From Endomicrobiales bacterium (GTDB taxonomy: Bacteria; Elusimicrobiota; Endomicrobiia; Endomicrobiales; JALOBY01), in NCBI GenBank assembly GCA_963796955.1, contig CAWCNJ010000005.1:1-64000 (forward strand): DNA of 64,000 nt, read 5' to 3'. Of this stretch, positions 8,831 through 19,536 are shown piece by piece. How positions within the stretch are numbered: position 1 is the first letter of the stretch; every line of letters begins with the position of its first letter. Under the pieces are notes generated by a model. The model saw only the letters and a list, made by a program, of their open reading frames with translations. It ran no database searches and was not told the DNA's origin. The translations under genes and the position numbers were made by a program.

Positions 8831-11284
8831 TCATGGTTCAGTTAAAGTATTGTCGCGTTTTTCAACCAGTAATCTCAGCCGTGTTATCGGCAGCATCTTT
8901 GCCTGGTCGTCCGACAGGTTTGCTATTAAAGCTATTATGCGTTCCGGTTTAACGTTCTTTTTCGGGCCAAAACGCAGCACTAATTTTGTCTGCCCTGCGC
9001 CGCTTTCCAGCGTGATGATAAGCGGTTTTACGTCAATGCGTTCGGTTTTGCCCTTCTTTTCCTTGATAATTATTATCTCGGGGGCGGCCAGAAATTTTTC
9101 AATGGCTTGTTTGTCCAGTTCAAGGCCTATGCGGTATTCCGCAACGTTGGCAAGGGCATCTACCGAGGGAAAGAAGACCGGCACCTTGCGCACGCTTAAA
9201 ATGGTAAAACCATTCGGCAGGGCCGCGCTCATGCGGGCCTGCACCTGGGCGGGATCAACATGGCTCACCAGGTCAACCTCGGCATACTCGCTTTCCGATT
9301 CATAGCCGACCGAGATCGCCGGACCGAAGGCCATTTTAGGCTGCGCGTGAAAGCCGCTGGTAAAGGCGATAGGCAGGTCGCAGCGGCGCACCGCCCGGCG
9401 GAAAAGCTCTATCTGCTCCAGATGAGAGATAAAACGTACCAGCCCTTGACGGGCAAAACGCATGCGCAATTTCTGTATGGGTTTCGGCGAAGGCGAAATG
9501 CCCGGCACCGGCAGCGCCGGGATAGAAACGACGACCGGTTTGGCCACGCTTTCCTGCGGCGCTTCGGCTAACGCCTTTGCCGCCTGCAGGTCTGCCCAAA
9601 GCAAAGCTTTTTCCTGGCCGAACTGCAGGTGCTGCCAGGGCAGAATTTCATTTTCGCCGCGCTCGCGGTAAAGATAGAATGCAGTATCTATCCCGGTAGC
9701 GGCAAATGCCTGCTGCCAAAGATCGTTGCGCAGATGTTCTTTCCACTGGTCAAAGCGGCACCCCAGTTCCCACGCTTTGATTATCGCCGTGCCCAGGCGG
9801 CGGTCGCCGCGGGCGAAAACGCCTTCCAGCACGCTTGCTTCAACATGGTAGCTCTTGATGGAAGCCGGCATGGATTTGCCCAGTTTTTGCAGTACTTCCA
9901 GCAGGTAGTCGGGTTTTGCCATAGGCGCCCACTGAAATGCCGTCTGAGCCTTGGGAACAAAAGGAGAGAGCGTGACGCCGAAGTTAAGCGGCGCGGCTTT
10001 TCGCAGCGATACCACCAGGTCTCGGATACCGGTAATATCCGGATCGGTCTCAAACGGCAGGCCCACCATAAAGTACAGCTTTATCTGACGCCAACCGGAC
10101 TGATAGGCAAGCACCAGCGTGGCGCGGATCTCCGTGCCCGTAAGATCTTTGCCGATGATGTTGCGCAGCCGGTCCGTACCTGCTTCCGGCGCGAAGGTAA
10201 GATTGTTACGTTTCCCTTCCGTCAGCGTGCTGGCTACCTTCAGCGAGAACTGATCGCAGCGGAGCGACGGCAGAGAAACGCTGATCTTTTTTCTCCCAAA
10301 TTTTTCTTTTACCGAAGAAAGCAGCGGCTCAAGATATTTGTACTGCGTGCAGGAGAGCGATGAGAACGAAACCTCGGCGTAACCGGTAGCTTCCAAACCT
10401 TCGCTTACCAGCTTTTGCACATGCTCAAGGGTTCTCATACGCCAGGGGAAATAATACTTTTGCGCCTGACAAAACCGGCACTGTCCGGGACATCCGCGCG
10501 CAATTTCAATATTCAGACGGTTGTGCACCGTTTCCGCAAAAGGGACGATTTGTTTTGCGGGAAAGAAAAGATCGTCCAGTTTTTCCACGCGTTTTTTTAT
10601 AACGGTTTCAGCCTCAGGGGCGTTCGGGGCAAAAGCTGCTATCGTGCCGTCGGCATTGTAGCTTACATCATAAAGCGAAGGAACGTACACCCCCGGTATT
10701 TTTGCAAGCTGCTTAAGCAGTTCCCGCCGTTCTCTCCGGTCTCCGGACTCCGGTCTCCGAACTTGTGCAATTATCTCCATTATTGCACACTCCCCGTCGC
10801 CTAGAACGAAGGCGTCGAAAAGATCCGCCAGCGGTTCGGGGTTGGCGGTAACCGGACCGCCGCCGATAATCAGGGGCTGATCAACACCTCGGTCTTTAGC
10901 AAGCAGCGGGATGCCGGACAGGTCCAACATGTTCACGATATTGGTGGCGCACAACTCGAATTGCAGGGTAAAACCTACTATATCGAACTGCTTCAACGGC
11001 GTACTGCTCTCAAGCGAATGCAGCGGAATGCCGCGAGCGCGCATAAGGGCTTCAAGGTCGGCGGCCGGGCAGTAACATCTTTCCGCCGAGAAATCAGGAA
11101 CCCGGTTAACGGTATGATACAGTATTTCCAGGCCAAGGTTGGAAGCGCCGATCTCATACATATCCGGAAAACAGAGCGCCACTTTCACGGCTGCGTCCGG
11201 TTTGGCTGGGACCGCATTAAATTCGTGGTCCATATAACGGCTGGGTCGCTGGACTAACGGCAAAAATTCTTCTGGTTTTATCAT
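8831..11284 (-). CDS. TIGR03960-like radical SAM protein fused to a DUF2344/TIGR03936-like domain
   Basis: CFPDMYEIGASNLG, RGCPGQCRFCQA (CxxxCxxC), FAPEAGT; C-terminal RFISHLE...GFHAQPKM. Confidence 0.9.
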   Translation of the reverse strand: MIKPEEFLPLVQRPSRYMDHEFNAVPAKPDAAVKVALCFPDMYEIGASNLGLEILYHTVNRVPDFSAERCYCPAADLEALMRARGIPLHSLESSTPLKQFDIVGFTLQFELCATNIVNMLDLSGIPLLAKDRGVDQPLIIGGGPVTANPEPLADLFDAFVLGDGECAIMEIIAQVRRPESGDRRERRELLKQLAKIPGVYVPSLYDVSYNADGTIAAFAPNAPEAETVIKKRVEKLDDLFFPAKQIVPFAETVHNRLNIEIARGCPGQCRFCQAQKYYFPWRMRTLEHVQKLVSEGLEATGYAEVSFSSLSCTQYKYLEPLLSSVKEKFGRKKISVSLPSLRCDQFSLKVASTLTEGKRNNLTFAPEAGTDRLRNIIGKDLTGTEIRATLVLAYQSGWRQIKLYFMVGLPFETDPDITGIRDLVVSLRKAAPLNFGVTLSPFVPKAQTAFQWAPMAKPDYLLEVLQKLGKSMPASIKSYHVEASVLEGVFARGDRRLGTAIIKAWELGCRFDQWKEHLRNDLWQQAFAATGIDTAFYLYRERGENEILPWQHLQFGQEKALLWADLQAAKALAEAPQESVAKPVVVSIPALPVPGISPSPKPIQKLRMRFARQGLVRFISHLEQIELFRRAVRRCDLPIAFTSGFHAQPKMAFGPAISVGYESESEYAEVDLVSHVDPAQVQARMSAALPNGFTILSVRKVPVFFPSVDALANVAEYRIGLELDKQAIEKFLAAPEIIIIKEKKGKTERIDVKPLIITLESGAGQTKLVLRFGPKKNVKPERIIALIANLSDDQAKMLPITRLRLLVEKRDNTLTEP
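10733..10760. repeat. Heptamer tandem repeat within the radical SAM CDS
   Basis: tctccgg-tctccgg-actccgg-tctccga; encodes RRPESGDRR. Confidence 0.7.
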
Positions 11285-11298
11285 TTTTTCCTTTATCT

Positions 11299-11326
11299 GT
11301 AGGGGCGAATAATTATTCGCCCCTAC
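11299..11326. repeat. REP-like 28-bp palindrome (GTAG type)
   Basis: gtaggggcgaataa-ttattcgcccctac, a perfect palindrome 3 nt after the rodA stop. Confidence 0.85.
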
Positions 11327-11329
11327 GAT

Positions 11330-12694
11330 TTAATGCGTAAAACGACGTATGTGAACCGAAAACAACAGCCCTATCGCCAGCAAAGCCGACACGGTACAGG
11401 AACCGCCGTACGATAAGAGCGGCAGCGGCATACCCGTGCAAGGCATCATGCCCATGACCATGCCCATATTGATCATGCCGTAAAACGTAAAGATCGTTGC
11501 GACACCCATTGCGATAAGGGAGCCGAACCGGTCGCGTGCTTCACGGGCAACTATCATAGCGCGCCAAACTAAAATGAAATAGCAGATGATCACAGAGGCG
11601 GTGAAGAAAAACCCGGTTTCTTCGCCTACGACTGAAAAAATAAAATCGGTATGCTGTTCCGGAAGAAATCCGAGCTGGCTTTGCGTGCCGCTGAACAGAC
11701 CCTTCCCCAACAGCCTGCCGGAGCCTATGGCGATCTTGGATTGAATGATATTATAACCCGAACCCAGCGCGTCAATATCAGGGTTAAGGAAGACGATCAG
11801 CCTTTTGCGCTGGTATTCTTTAAGCGAATGCTGCACGCCGCCGGAAGCCGTCACACCGCCTATGAATATCAGGGAAAGGGCGATCGCGTAGATAATGGGA
11901 ACATCGACGCGAAATTGCCTCAGGAACCACCAGATAATAAAGAAAGCAGCGACAACACCGAGCACAATAATAACGGCCGGAAGACCGCCGTTCGTCGCAG
12001 CGACAATATATGAAAGCGCATGGCTCTTTGCCAGCAGGGCGGGCTGCAACCGCAGGAAAGTCGCCATCAATGGTATGCCTGCCGCCAGCGCACCGATAAG
12101 ACATAATCCGAGCAAATATAATGGTTCAATACCGGCAACATATAACAGGACCAGCGTTATCGGGAAGTACACCAGCGACGAGGAAAAATCCGGCTGCAGC
12201 AGGATCAGGAAGATTTGGCCGAGCAGCAGTCCCAGTACGGCAAAAAAAGTCGACCAGCGTTTCAGGTCACGCCAGCGCATATCCAGGTATCCGGCGACGA
12301 CCAGTACGAACAATATCTTTGTCACCTCCACCGGTTGAAAAGCAAAATAGCCCAGGTTGAACCAGCCTTTGGTGCCGCGGATCGTCGAGCCGAAGATCAA
12401 TACCGCAACGAGCATGCCGGTGGCTAAAATATACAGCGGATAGGCGGCGCGGGTGAACATCTGATAGTTAAGACCGGCTAAAAACATCATGCCGACCAGA
12501 CCCATGATGATAGAGGCTCCCTGACGGGTAAAAAACCCGGTCGTGCCGTAACGGAGCGTCGCCGAATAGACGCTTATCAGGCCGGTGCCAAGCAGGAATA
12601 AGACCACCCCCAGCAGGATCCAGTCCATATTTTCCACCAGGCGCCTGAGCAGCGGCTTGTCTTCGTTCGTTTTATATAGTAAAGATTCTTTCAT
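11330..12694 (-). CDS. rodA: Rod shape-determining protein RodA (SEDS)
   Basis: FQPVE, QPDF, LPEQHTDFIF and PLLSYGGS motifs; follows mrdA. Confidence 0.95.
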   Translation of the reverse strand: MKESLLYKTNEDKPLLRRLVENMDWILLGVVLFLLGTGLISVYSATLRYGTTGFFTRQGASIIMGLVGMMFLAGLNYQMFTRAAYPLYILATGMLVAVLIFGSTIRGTKGWFNLGYFAFQPVEVTKILFVLVVAGYLDMRWRDLKRWSTFFAVLGLLLGQIFLILLQPDFSSSLVYFPITLVLLYVAGIEPLYLLGLCLIGALAAGIPLMATFLRLQPALLAKSHALSYIVAATNGGLPAVIIVLGVVAAFFIIWWFLRQFRVDVPIIYAIALSLIFIGGVTASGGVQHSLKEYQRKRLIVFLNPDIDALGSGYNIIQSKIAIGSGRLLGKGLFSGTQSQLGFLPEQHTDFIFSVVGEETGFFFTASVIICYFILVWRAMIVAREARDRFGSLIAMGVATIFTFYGMINMGMVMGMMPCTGMPLPLLSYGGSCTVSALLAIGLLFSVHIRRFTH

Positions 12695-12696
12695 AA

Positions 12697-14520
12697 TTAA
12701 TCTTCTTCCGGTTCGTTCTGATTGGTGTCGTCTATAGTGGTCGGCGGCGGCGCTGCTTTGGACCTCTTGAAGTAGGCTTCCAGAACGCTGCGCGCTATGG
12801 GGCCCGCCACGACGCCGCCGTGGCCGCCGTTCTCCACGATCACCGCTACCGCTATCTCCGGATTATCGGCCGGAGCGTAACAGGCCATCCAGGAATGGTC
12901 CTGGCCCTGGGGATTTTGCGCCGTGCCGGTCTTGCCGGCCACCTTCATGTCCGTGAAGTACACCGCGTGGCCGGTGCCTTCGTTTATCACCATCTGCATC
13001 GCGGTGTGCAGCAGCTGCCAGGCCTCGGGTGTCGCCTGCACCGTGCGCTTCTTTTTGGGCTTTGCCTGGTAAAGCAGTTCGTTCGCGGGTGAAACTACTT
13101 TATCCACCACGTACGGCTGCCACACTTCGCCGTTCATTGATACCGAGGCGACCAGCTGGGCAACCTGTATGGGTGTTACCCACAACGGGCCCTGGCCTAT
13201 AGCCATGTTAATGGTGTCACCTTGCTGCCAGCTATCATACATTTTCCTCTTTTTCCACTCGGGGCTGGGAACCAGACCGCTTTTTTCCGACGGCAATTCT
13301 ATACCGGTCGCTGAGCCGAAACCGAAATCACGCGCGTACTTAATAAGAGATTCCTGGCCAACGCGCAAGCCCAGCTGATAAAAATACACATTACAGGAAT
13401 TTTGCAGCGCGCCCATCATGTTCAGCCGGCCATGGCCGCCTTTTTTCCAGCATTTAAAGACCTTGTTACCGTACTTAAAGGAACCGTTGCATTCAAACGT
13501 AAGGTCGGGGCTTATCTTTTTGTCGGACACCGCGCCAAGGAATGTGATCAGCTTGAACACCGAGCCCGGCGGGTACAGGCCCTGCACGGCCCGGTCGAAC
13601 AACGGCAGTTTCTTATCGATAAGATTATGGGCAAATTCTGACGTAAATGATACATTCGGATCGAAGCCGGGCGACGACACGAACGCCCTTACGGCGCCCG
13701 TCCGGGGGTCCAGCGCAACGACCGCGCCGCGGCCCGTGGTTGTCGCTTTCAAGCCTTCGGCAGCGGCCACCTGCATATCTTCATCAATGGTTGTATAAAG
13801 GGTGTTGCCTATCAGCGGCTGCACATGGCGCACCAGGCGAGTCTGGCGGCCATAGGCGTCTACTTCTATCTGCCAGCCGCCATCGCGGCCCCTGAGCATA
13901 AGATCATACGATTTTTCCAGCCCCCTGCGGCCTATCCAGTCGCCGGTCTTATACCCTTCGGGAGAAAGGTTTTCCAGCTCATTTTTTGTCACTTCGTTCA
14001 GATAACCGACAAGATGAGCGTTCGCTTCCGGCGCGTGGGCCTCGCGGCGGGACTCTTCCACGACGGAGAGGCCCGGCATGACCAGGCGCTGTTCCTGCAA
14101 TTTCAGCATCTGCACCCGAGAAATGTTTTCGGCGAGCCGCACCGCCCTGCCCGTGCGCCACCCCTGAGAAAGCCGGTGCGCCAGGTTGGGTACATCCACC
14201 ATTCCGGCAAGGCGTTCTATCATCTCTTTGGGCGGCTGGTTATCCTGTGAGAACGGATAGAACAATGCCACAAAAGCGGTTTTGTTACCGACGATCACCT
14301 GGCCGTTGCGATCCAGAATAACGCCCCGGGGAGCGCGCTCCAGCACCAGCTGGATACGCTGCTGCTCGGACAATTCCCCATAATGCCTGCCCTGCACAAC
14401 CTGCAGATGGAACAGCCGCAGCAGCAGACACAGGAATACCAGCGCGAAAAGACCCAGTATCAGGCGGTAACGCTCGAGAAATAATTCAAATGCTAATCTT
14501 TGTTCCTGCTGCCAGACCAT
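12697..14520 (-). CDS. mrdA: Penicillin-binding protein 2
   Basis: APRGVILDRNG, SVFK, SCN, KTG; lies in the mre cluster. Confidence 0.95.
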   Translation of the reverse strand: MVWQQEQRLAFELFLERYRLILGLFALVFLCLLLRLFHLQVVQGRHYGELSEQQRIQLVLERAPRGVILDRNGQVIVGNKTAFVALFYPFSQDNQPPKEMIERLAGMVDVPNLAHRLSQGWRTGRAVRLAENISRVQMLKLQEQRLVMPGLSVVEESRREAHAPEANAHLVGYLNEVTKNELENLSPEGYKTGDWIGRRGLEKSYDLMLRGRDGGWQIEVDAYGRQTRLVRHVQPLIGNTLYTTIDEDMQVAAAEGLKATTTGRGAVVALDPRTGAVRAFVSSPGFDPNVSFTSEFAHNLIDKKLPLFDRAVQGLYPPGSVFKLITFLGAVSDKKISPDLTFECNGSFKYGNKVFKCWKKGGHGRLNMMGALQNSCNVYFYQLGLRVGQESLIKYARDFGFGSATGIELPSEKSGLVPSPEWKKRKMYDSWQQGDTINMAIGQGPLWVTPIQVAQLVASVSMNGEVWQPYVVDKVVSPANELLYQAKPKKKRTVQATPEAWQLLHTAMQMVINEGTGHAVYFTDMKVAGKTGTAQNPQGQDHSWMACYAPADNPEIAVAVIVENGGHGGVVAGPIARSVLEAYFKRSKAAPPPTTIDDTNQNEPEED

Positions 14521-14535
14521 AAAAAATCCTTACCG

Positions 14536-15030
14536 CTATTCTTCTCTGCGCATGCCTGATAAAAGCAGGCACCCGGCGGCAAATATGACCGGGGCAAGCA
14601 TTACATTATAAAAGGGCTGCAGGATAGTTATGTAATTTGGTTTAAAGGGTATCTGGTCGGGGCTGAAAACCTGGAAGGCCGCCCAGAGCAGCAGCGTATA
14701 CAACACTGACGCTGCGAGCACGATCACACCCTGGCTGGAAGGTTTGGTCTCGTCCAGCTGACGGCTGAGCATACCGGCCAAATAGCCTATCACCGTAAGA
14801 GCGAAGGCCCTGCCGCCGAACATGGACACCGACATCGCATCCCAGGAAATGCCCCATAAAAAACCCATCCACTGGCCTGCAAGGGGTCCGTCCGTCAGAG
14901 CTGAAAATATGACGAATATTAAAATAATATTCGGCGCCAGTCCCCAGAAAGACAAATATTGGCTCCACCCGAACTGCAATACCAGGCCGAGGAAATAGAG
15001 AATGAGGTAAAAAACTATCTTGTTTCTCAT
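14536..15030 (-). CDS. mreD: Rod shape-determining protein MreD
   Basis: Hydrophobic 164-aa protein (APNIIL, GFLWG...D) between mreC and mrdA. Confidence 0.9.
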   Translation of the reverse strand: MRNKIVFYLILYFLGLVLQFGWSQYLSFWGLAPNIILIFVIFSALTDGPLAGQWMGFLWGISWDAMSVSMFGGRAFALTVIGYLAGMLSRQLDETKPSSQGVIVLAASVLYTLLLWAAFQVFSPDQIPFKPNYITILQPFYNVMLAPVIFAAGCLLLSGMRREE

Positions 15031-15032
15031 AG

Positions 15033-15866
15033 CTATTTACTTCCCTGGTCAATAAGCACCACAACTTCCCGCAGGCTGTTTATGTTAACGGCAGGTTCTA
15101 TGACGGCGGACTTGAACGGTTCGTTCGCAAGCGGTGTGATATCTCGGATAGTGCCTATCGCGATCCCCTGCGGGAAGACCGAGCTTAAGGGGCTGGTCAC
15201 CACTTCGTCGCCGATCGCAGCTTTTCCCTCGATCAAAAGATAATTCATTTTTAAGTACGGTGAATTCTGGCCTTCCAGCAAACCGTCTTCAGCCGTTGAC
15301 CGTATCTGCGCCGGTGTGGAAAACAGCGGGTTGGTAAGAAGCACTATTTCGGAGGAATCACCGTGCACTTCGCTGACACGCCCAAGCACTACCGGCTTTG
15401 AGCCGCGCCAGGCGAGAACCGGCGCGTCTACCACGATCCCCGCGTCGGAACCGCGATCGATGATGATCGACTGGAACCAGCTTTCCGGCTCCCTGCCGCT
15501 GACCCTGGCGGACACCGGCTTTGTGCCCGGCGGCGCGGGGAATTTCACCAGCGCGCGCAATCTCGAATTCTCTTCAAGGGCCCCGTGATATTCACTGTCC
15601 AGTTTTTCGTAATCCTGCAGCATTTTCCGCAGGGCGGTATTCTCCTGATGAACGCGCACCAATTCCTTTATGGTGGAACCGACATCCTTTGAAGACATGA
15701 CTACCTTTGACGCCGTTACAGGCGCGGGGGAAATGACATAAAAGAGGAAGTTTTTAAGCAGGTGTATATAGCCGGTTAGATGGGCGGTAAGCAGAAAAAC
15801 GGTCAGCGCCAGCAGAAAAGCGAAACTGAGATTTGAGGCACGTCGTGTATGAAACAAGTCTTCCAT
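15033..15866 (-). CDS. mreC: Rod shape-determining protein MreC
   Basis: ENSRLR coiled coil, IDRGSDAGI, FPQGIAIG. Confidence 0.93.
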   Translation of the reverse strand: MEDLFHTRRASNLSFAFLLALTVFLLTAHLTGYIHLLKNFLFYVISPAPVTASKVVMSSKDVGSTIKELVRVHQENTALRKMLQDYEKLDSEYHGALEENSRLRALVKFPAPPGTKPVSARVSGREPESWFQSIIIDRGSDAGIVVDAPVLAWRGSKPVVLGRVSEVHGDSSEIVLLTNPLFSTPAQIRSTAEDGLLEGQNSPYLKMNYLLIEGKAAIGDEVVTSPLSSVFPQGIAIGTIRDITPLANEPFKSAVIEPAVNINSLREVVVLIDQGSK

Positions 15867-15888
15867 TAAATCCCCGAACAGTCAAACA

Positions 15889-15976
15889 GCAGTCTCGAGT
15901 ATCGGGTCTCGAGTATCGACAAAATCAAATGCGATTTTGACGTTTTCGAGACTACCCACTCGAGACTCGCGACTGC
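15889..15976. repeat. Inverted heptamer-array hairpin (mreB-mreC gap)
   Basis: agtctcg/agtatcg x4, inner caaaatc/gattttg, then cgagact-type x4. Confidence 0.75.
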
Positions 15977-15978
15977 AG

Positions 15979-17007
15979 TTAAACAATGCTTTTCTTGGCT
16001 GAGCGGATATTATCCAGCTCTTCCAGGTATTTACCGGTGCCTCTGACCACGCAGGTCAGCGGATCTTCGGCAAGGTTTACCGGCAGTTCGGTTTCCTGCG
16101 AAAGCAGGTCGGGGAAGCCTCTTAAAAGCGATCCTCCGCCGGCCATGACAATACCGCGGTCAACAAGGTCGGCGGAAAGTTCCGCCGGGGTCTCTTCGAG
16201 CGCGTTCTTGATAACTTCAACAATGGCCTTAACGGGTTCCGAAAGCGCTGAGCGCACTTCTTCGGAGGTAATAGAAATCGTTTTGGGAAGCCCCGTAACC
16301 TGGTCGCGGCCTTTTACTTCAAGGCTGGTCTCTTCAGGCAGCGGGAAAACCGATCCAATCTGTATTTTTACGCCCTCGGCGGTATTTTCACCGATGAGGA
16401 GGTTATATTTTCTGCGGAAATACTGTACGATAGCTTCATCCATCTCGTCGCCGGCAACGTCCACCGATTTGGAAACCACCATGCCGCCCAGCGAGATCAC
16501 GGCCACTTCCGTGGTACCGCCGCCGATATCAACGATCATGTTGCCTTCCGGCTCCTGGATAGGGATGTTGGCGCCGATGGCAGCGGCCATCGGTTCTTCA
16601 ATAAGATAGACTTCGCGGGCGCCGGCCTGTTCGGCAGATTCCCGTACCGCGCGGCGCTCAACTTCCGTTATACCGGAGGGCACGCCGATCACGATCCTCG
16701 GGTGCAGCAGGCTGCGGCGGTTATGCACTTTTTTAATGAAATATCTGATCATCTGTTCGGTTACTTCAAAGTCTGCGATCACGCCGTTACGCAGGGGGCG
16801 CACGGCAACGATATTCGCGGGCGTTTTGCCAAGCATCCTTTTCGCGTCCGCGCCGATTGCCAGCACCTTATGCGAATCTTTTTCGATGGCCACCACAGAC
16901 GGTTCGCGCAGCACAATGCCCTGGCCTTTAACATACACCAGCACCGAGGCGGTGCCCAGGTCTATACCCATATCGTTTGAAAACAGACTAAAGAAATAAT
17001 TGAACAT
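15979..17007 (-). CDS. mreB: Actin-like MreB
   Basis: [32 protein letters not shown]. Confidence 0.98.
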   Translation of the reverse strand: MFNYFFSLFSNDMGIDLGTASVLVYVKGQGIVLREPSVVAIEKDSHKVLAIGADAKRMLGKTPANIVAVRPLRNGVIADFEVTEQMIRYFIKKVHNRRSLLHPRIVIGVPSGITEVERRAVRESAEQAGAREVYLIEEPMAAAIGANIPIQEPEGNMIVDIGGGTTEVAVISLGGMVVSKSVDVAGDEMDEAIVQYFRRKYNLLIGENTAEGVKIQIGSVFPLPEETSLEVKGRDQVTGLPKTISITSEEVRSALSEPVKAIVEVIKNALEETPAELSADLVDRGIVMAGGGSLLRGFPDLLSQETELPVNLAEDPLTCVVRGTGKYLEELDNIRSAKKSIV

Positions 17008-17016
17008 GTTAGTACC

Positions 17017-17370
17017 CTATACTACCAGCTTTATCATGGCCATTTCTGACCGGTCACTGGTGCGTGTGCCGAGTTTATATATGCGCGTATAGCCGCCCTT
17101 GCGGTCGGCGTATCTGGGCACCAAAACCTCAAACAGTTTTTTCTTTACATTTTTATCCGTCAGCTCGGCTGAAACAGCCTTCTTGGCGTTCATATCAGCA
17201 GGCTTTGCTTTGGTGATAAGTTTTTCTGCATACGTGGAAAGCTCTTTGGCCTTTGCAAGCGTCGTCGTGATGGCTTCGTGCTGGAACAAAGACGTCGCCT
17301 GATTACGCATAAGGGAACGGCGGTGCGAGCCGGTGCGGGACAGCTTACGTGCTCCAAGGTTCTTAATCAT
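17017..17370 (-). CDS. rplQ: 50S ribosomal protein L17
   Basis: RKLSRT, ITTTLAKAKEL, RKGGYTRI. Confidence 0.97.
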   Translation of the reverse strand: MIKNLGARKLSRTGSHRRSLMRNQATSLFQHEAITTTLAKAKELSTYAEKLITKAKPADMNAKKAVSAELTDKNVKKKLFEVLVPRYADRKGGYTRIYKLGTRTSDRSEMAMIKLVV

Positions 17371-18331
17371 TGTTAGCTCCTGCTTTCATGCCCAGGGACA
17401 GGCCGAGTTCTGCAAGCTTCTCTTTAATTTCCGTCATAGAACGCTTGCCGAAGTTCTTGAAACCAAGCAGTTCTTCCTCGTCTTTAGAAACAAGCTCGCC
17501 GATAGTCTTCAGGTTCGCCGCGGTCAGACAGTTCGCCGAACGGACCGAAAGGTCCATTATCGACAACGGCTGGCTGAGCAACTCGCTCTTTTTGTCACCG
17601 GCAGATTCTTCAGCGGCGGCAGGGGCGGCTTCTTCCGCGTCCTGGCCGGTGAATATGGTAAGCGTGTTCTTCAATATCTTCGCGGAATACGTCAGCGCGT
17701 CCGAGGGCGTTACGGAACCGTCGGTGAATATTTCCATTATCAGGCGGTCGTAGTCGGTTATCTGTTCAACACGCGTATTCTCCACTTCGTAATTTACCTT
17801 TGTTACCGGGGAATAGAGCGCGTCCAGCAGTATCGTGTTAACGGGGTACTTGCCTGATCTTGATTCTTCGGCAAGCACATACCCTTTGCCGCGGGTCACT
17901 TCCATTTCTATTTCAAGGTCGCCCGAGGTTGAGACGGTCGCTATGACCTGGTCCGGGGTCAGGATCTCGATATTCGAATTTTCTTTTATATCTTTCGCGT
18001 AGACAACACCCGCCTTCGTGGAATGCAGATGCAGTGTTTCCGGCCCGGCGGTGAACATTTTCAGACGGACCTTTTTAAGATTAAGCACTATGTTAGCCGC
18101 GTCTTCCTTTACGCCGGGAAGGGCGGTAAATTCGTGCAGAGCGCCCTTGATGCGAACGGAGCTTATCGCCGCGCCTTCAAGGCTGGAAAGCAGAATGCGG
18201 CGCAGGGCGTTGCCGATGGTGTTGCCGTAACCGCGGTCAAAAGGCTCGGCAATAAAACGGCCATATGTGCCCGATGAGGTCTTTTCATCGAGCGTTAATT
18301 TACGGAGCTTTTCAAGATCTTGCATCTTCAT
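17363..18331 (-). CDS. rpoA: RNA polymerase alpha subunit
   Basis: EPFDRGYGNTIGNALRRILLSS, LSVRSANCL, NFGKRS. Confidence 0.98.
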   Translation of the reverse strand: MKMQDLEKLRKLTLDEKTSSGTYGRFIAEPFDRGYGNTIGNALRRILLSSLEGAAISSVRIKGALHEFTALPGVKEDAANIVLNLKKVRLKMFTAGPETLHLHSTKAGVVYAKDIKENSNIEILTPDQVIATVSTSGDLEIEMEVTRGKGYVLAEESRSGKYPVNTILLDALYSPVTKVNYEVENTRVEQITDYDRLIMEIFTDGSVTPSDALTYSAKILKNTLTIFTGQDAEEAAPAAAEESAGDKKSELLSQPLSIMDLSVRSANCLTAANLKTIGELVSKDEEELLGFKNFGKRSMTEIKEKLAELGLSLGMKAGANND

Positions 18332-18364
18332 AAGTAATATAACCTCTCTTTAACTTAATTAACT

Positions 18365-18985
18365 CTATTTCGAATACAGTTCAACGATGAGCTGACTGTT
18401 GATGGAAACGGCCGACGGGACCGGCATACTTGCTACCGTTCCTGTAAGGGTTGCCTTATCAACTGACATCCACGCGGGGAAACGATCGGAAGATTCCGAG
18501 GCTTTCTTGACGAAAGGATTCTCTTTCAGGGAATCCTTGAAAGCGACTTTATCGCCAACCTTGCAGCCATATCCGGGAAGGTTAACGTTCTTTCCGTTAA
18601 CCCGTATGTTGCCATGGTTTACCCACTGACGGGCGGCTTTGCGCGAAGTGGCAAGACCGCTGCGGTAGAGCACATTGTCCAGACGCAGTTCAAGCATGGT
18701 GATAAGATTTTCACCGGTGAGGCCTTTCATACGTTCCGCGCGGCGGAAATAATGACGGAACTGTTCTTCAGTAAGGCCGTACACGCGGCGGGCCTTCTGT
18801 TTTTCACGAAGATGGCGCGCGTATTCTGAAACCTTGCCGCGCATATTGGTACCATGCTGTCCGGGAAGGTTTTTGCCCCTCTTGCTTTCAAGAGTGCATT
18901 TTTTGACGCATTTTTCGCCCTTAAGGAATAATTTTTCTTTTTCGCGGCGGCATTGTTTACATACTGAACCTAAATAACGAGACAT
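18365..18985 (-). CDS. rpsD: 30S ribosomal protein S4 (Cys-rich form)
   Basis: CKQCRRE, LREKQK, LELRLDN, IVELYSK. Confidence 0.97.
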   Translation of the reverse strand: MSRYLGSVCKQCRREKEKLFLKGEKCVKKCTLESKRGKNLPGQHGTNMRGKVSEYARHLREKQKARRVYGLTEEQFRHYFRRAERMKGLTGENLITMLELRLDNVLYRSGLATSRKAARQWVNHGNIRVNGKNVNLPGYGCKVGDKVAFKDSLKENPFVKKASESSDRFPAWMSVDKATLTGTVASMPVPSAVSINSQLIVELYSK

Positions 18986-19019
18986 CTATGAAACCTCCAT
19001 AACATCAGTGTAGGGAATA

Positions 19020-19421
19020 TTATACTCTTCTCGGCTTCGGCGGACGGCAACCGTCATGCGGCACGGGTGTGATATCGCGTATGGCTGTAATGACGAGACC
19101 GGCGCTTTGAAGACCGCGGATGGCCGTTTCACGTCCGGGCCCGGGGCCGTTCACCAGCACCGTAACCTGTTTGACACCCGTATCAATTGCTTTGCGGGCG
19201 CAATTAGCAGCGGTCATCTGGGCCGCGAAAGGCGTGCCTTTCTTGGTTCCCTTAAAGCCGCATCCACCGGCTGATGCCCAGGCAAGCGTGTTGCCTCGCT
19301 CGTCGGTGATCGTGATTATCGTATTGTTAAATGATGACTGTATATATGCCTTCGCCATGCCGCCTGCAAAACGGATCTTGCGTTTTCCGCGGGGCGCCGG
19401 TGCTTTCTTCTCATCTGACAT
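19020..19421 (-). CDS. rpsK: 30S ribosomal protein S11
   Basis: [28 protein letters not shown]. Confidence 0.97.
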   Translation of the reverse strand: MSDEKKAPAPRGKRKIRFAGGMAKAYIQSSFNNTIITITDERGNTLAWASAGGCGFKGTKKGTPFAAQMTAANCARKAIDTGVKQVTVLVNGPGPGRETAIRGLQSAGLVITAIRDITPVPHDGCRPPKPRRV

Positions 19422-19442
19422 TCGTGTTCCTCCGATGTAGTT

Positions 19443-19536
19443 AGCTTTCAGCTTTCTGCTGTCAGCCTTCAGTTTACAACTATATTACTTTGTTTTGCCT
19501 TCGCTGAGAGCTGATCGCTGACAGCTGATGGCTGAT
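19443..19536. repeat. Inverted heptamer arrays (rpsM-rpsK gap)
   Basis: agctttc-type x4, then gctgaNN x5. Confidence 0.75.
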
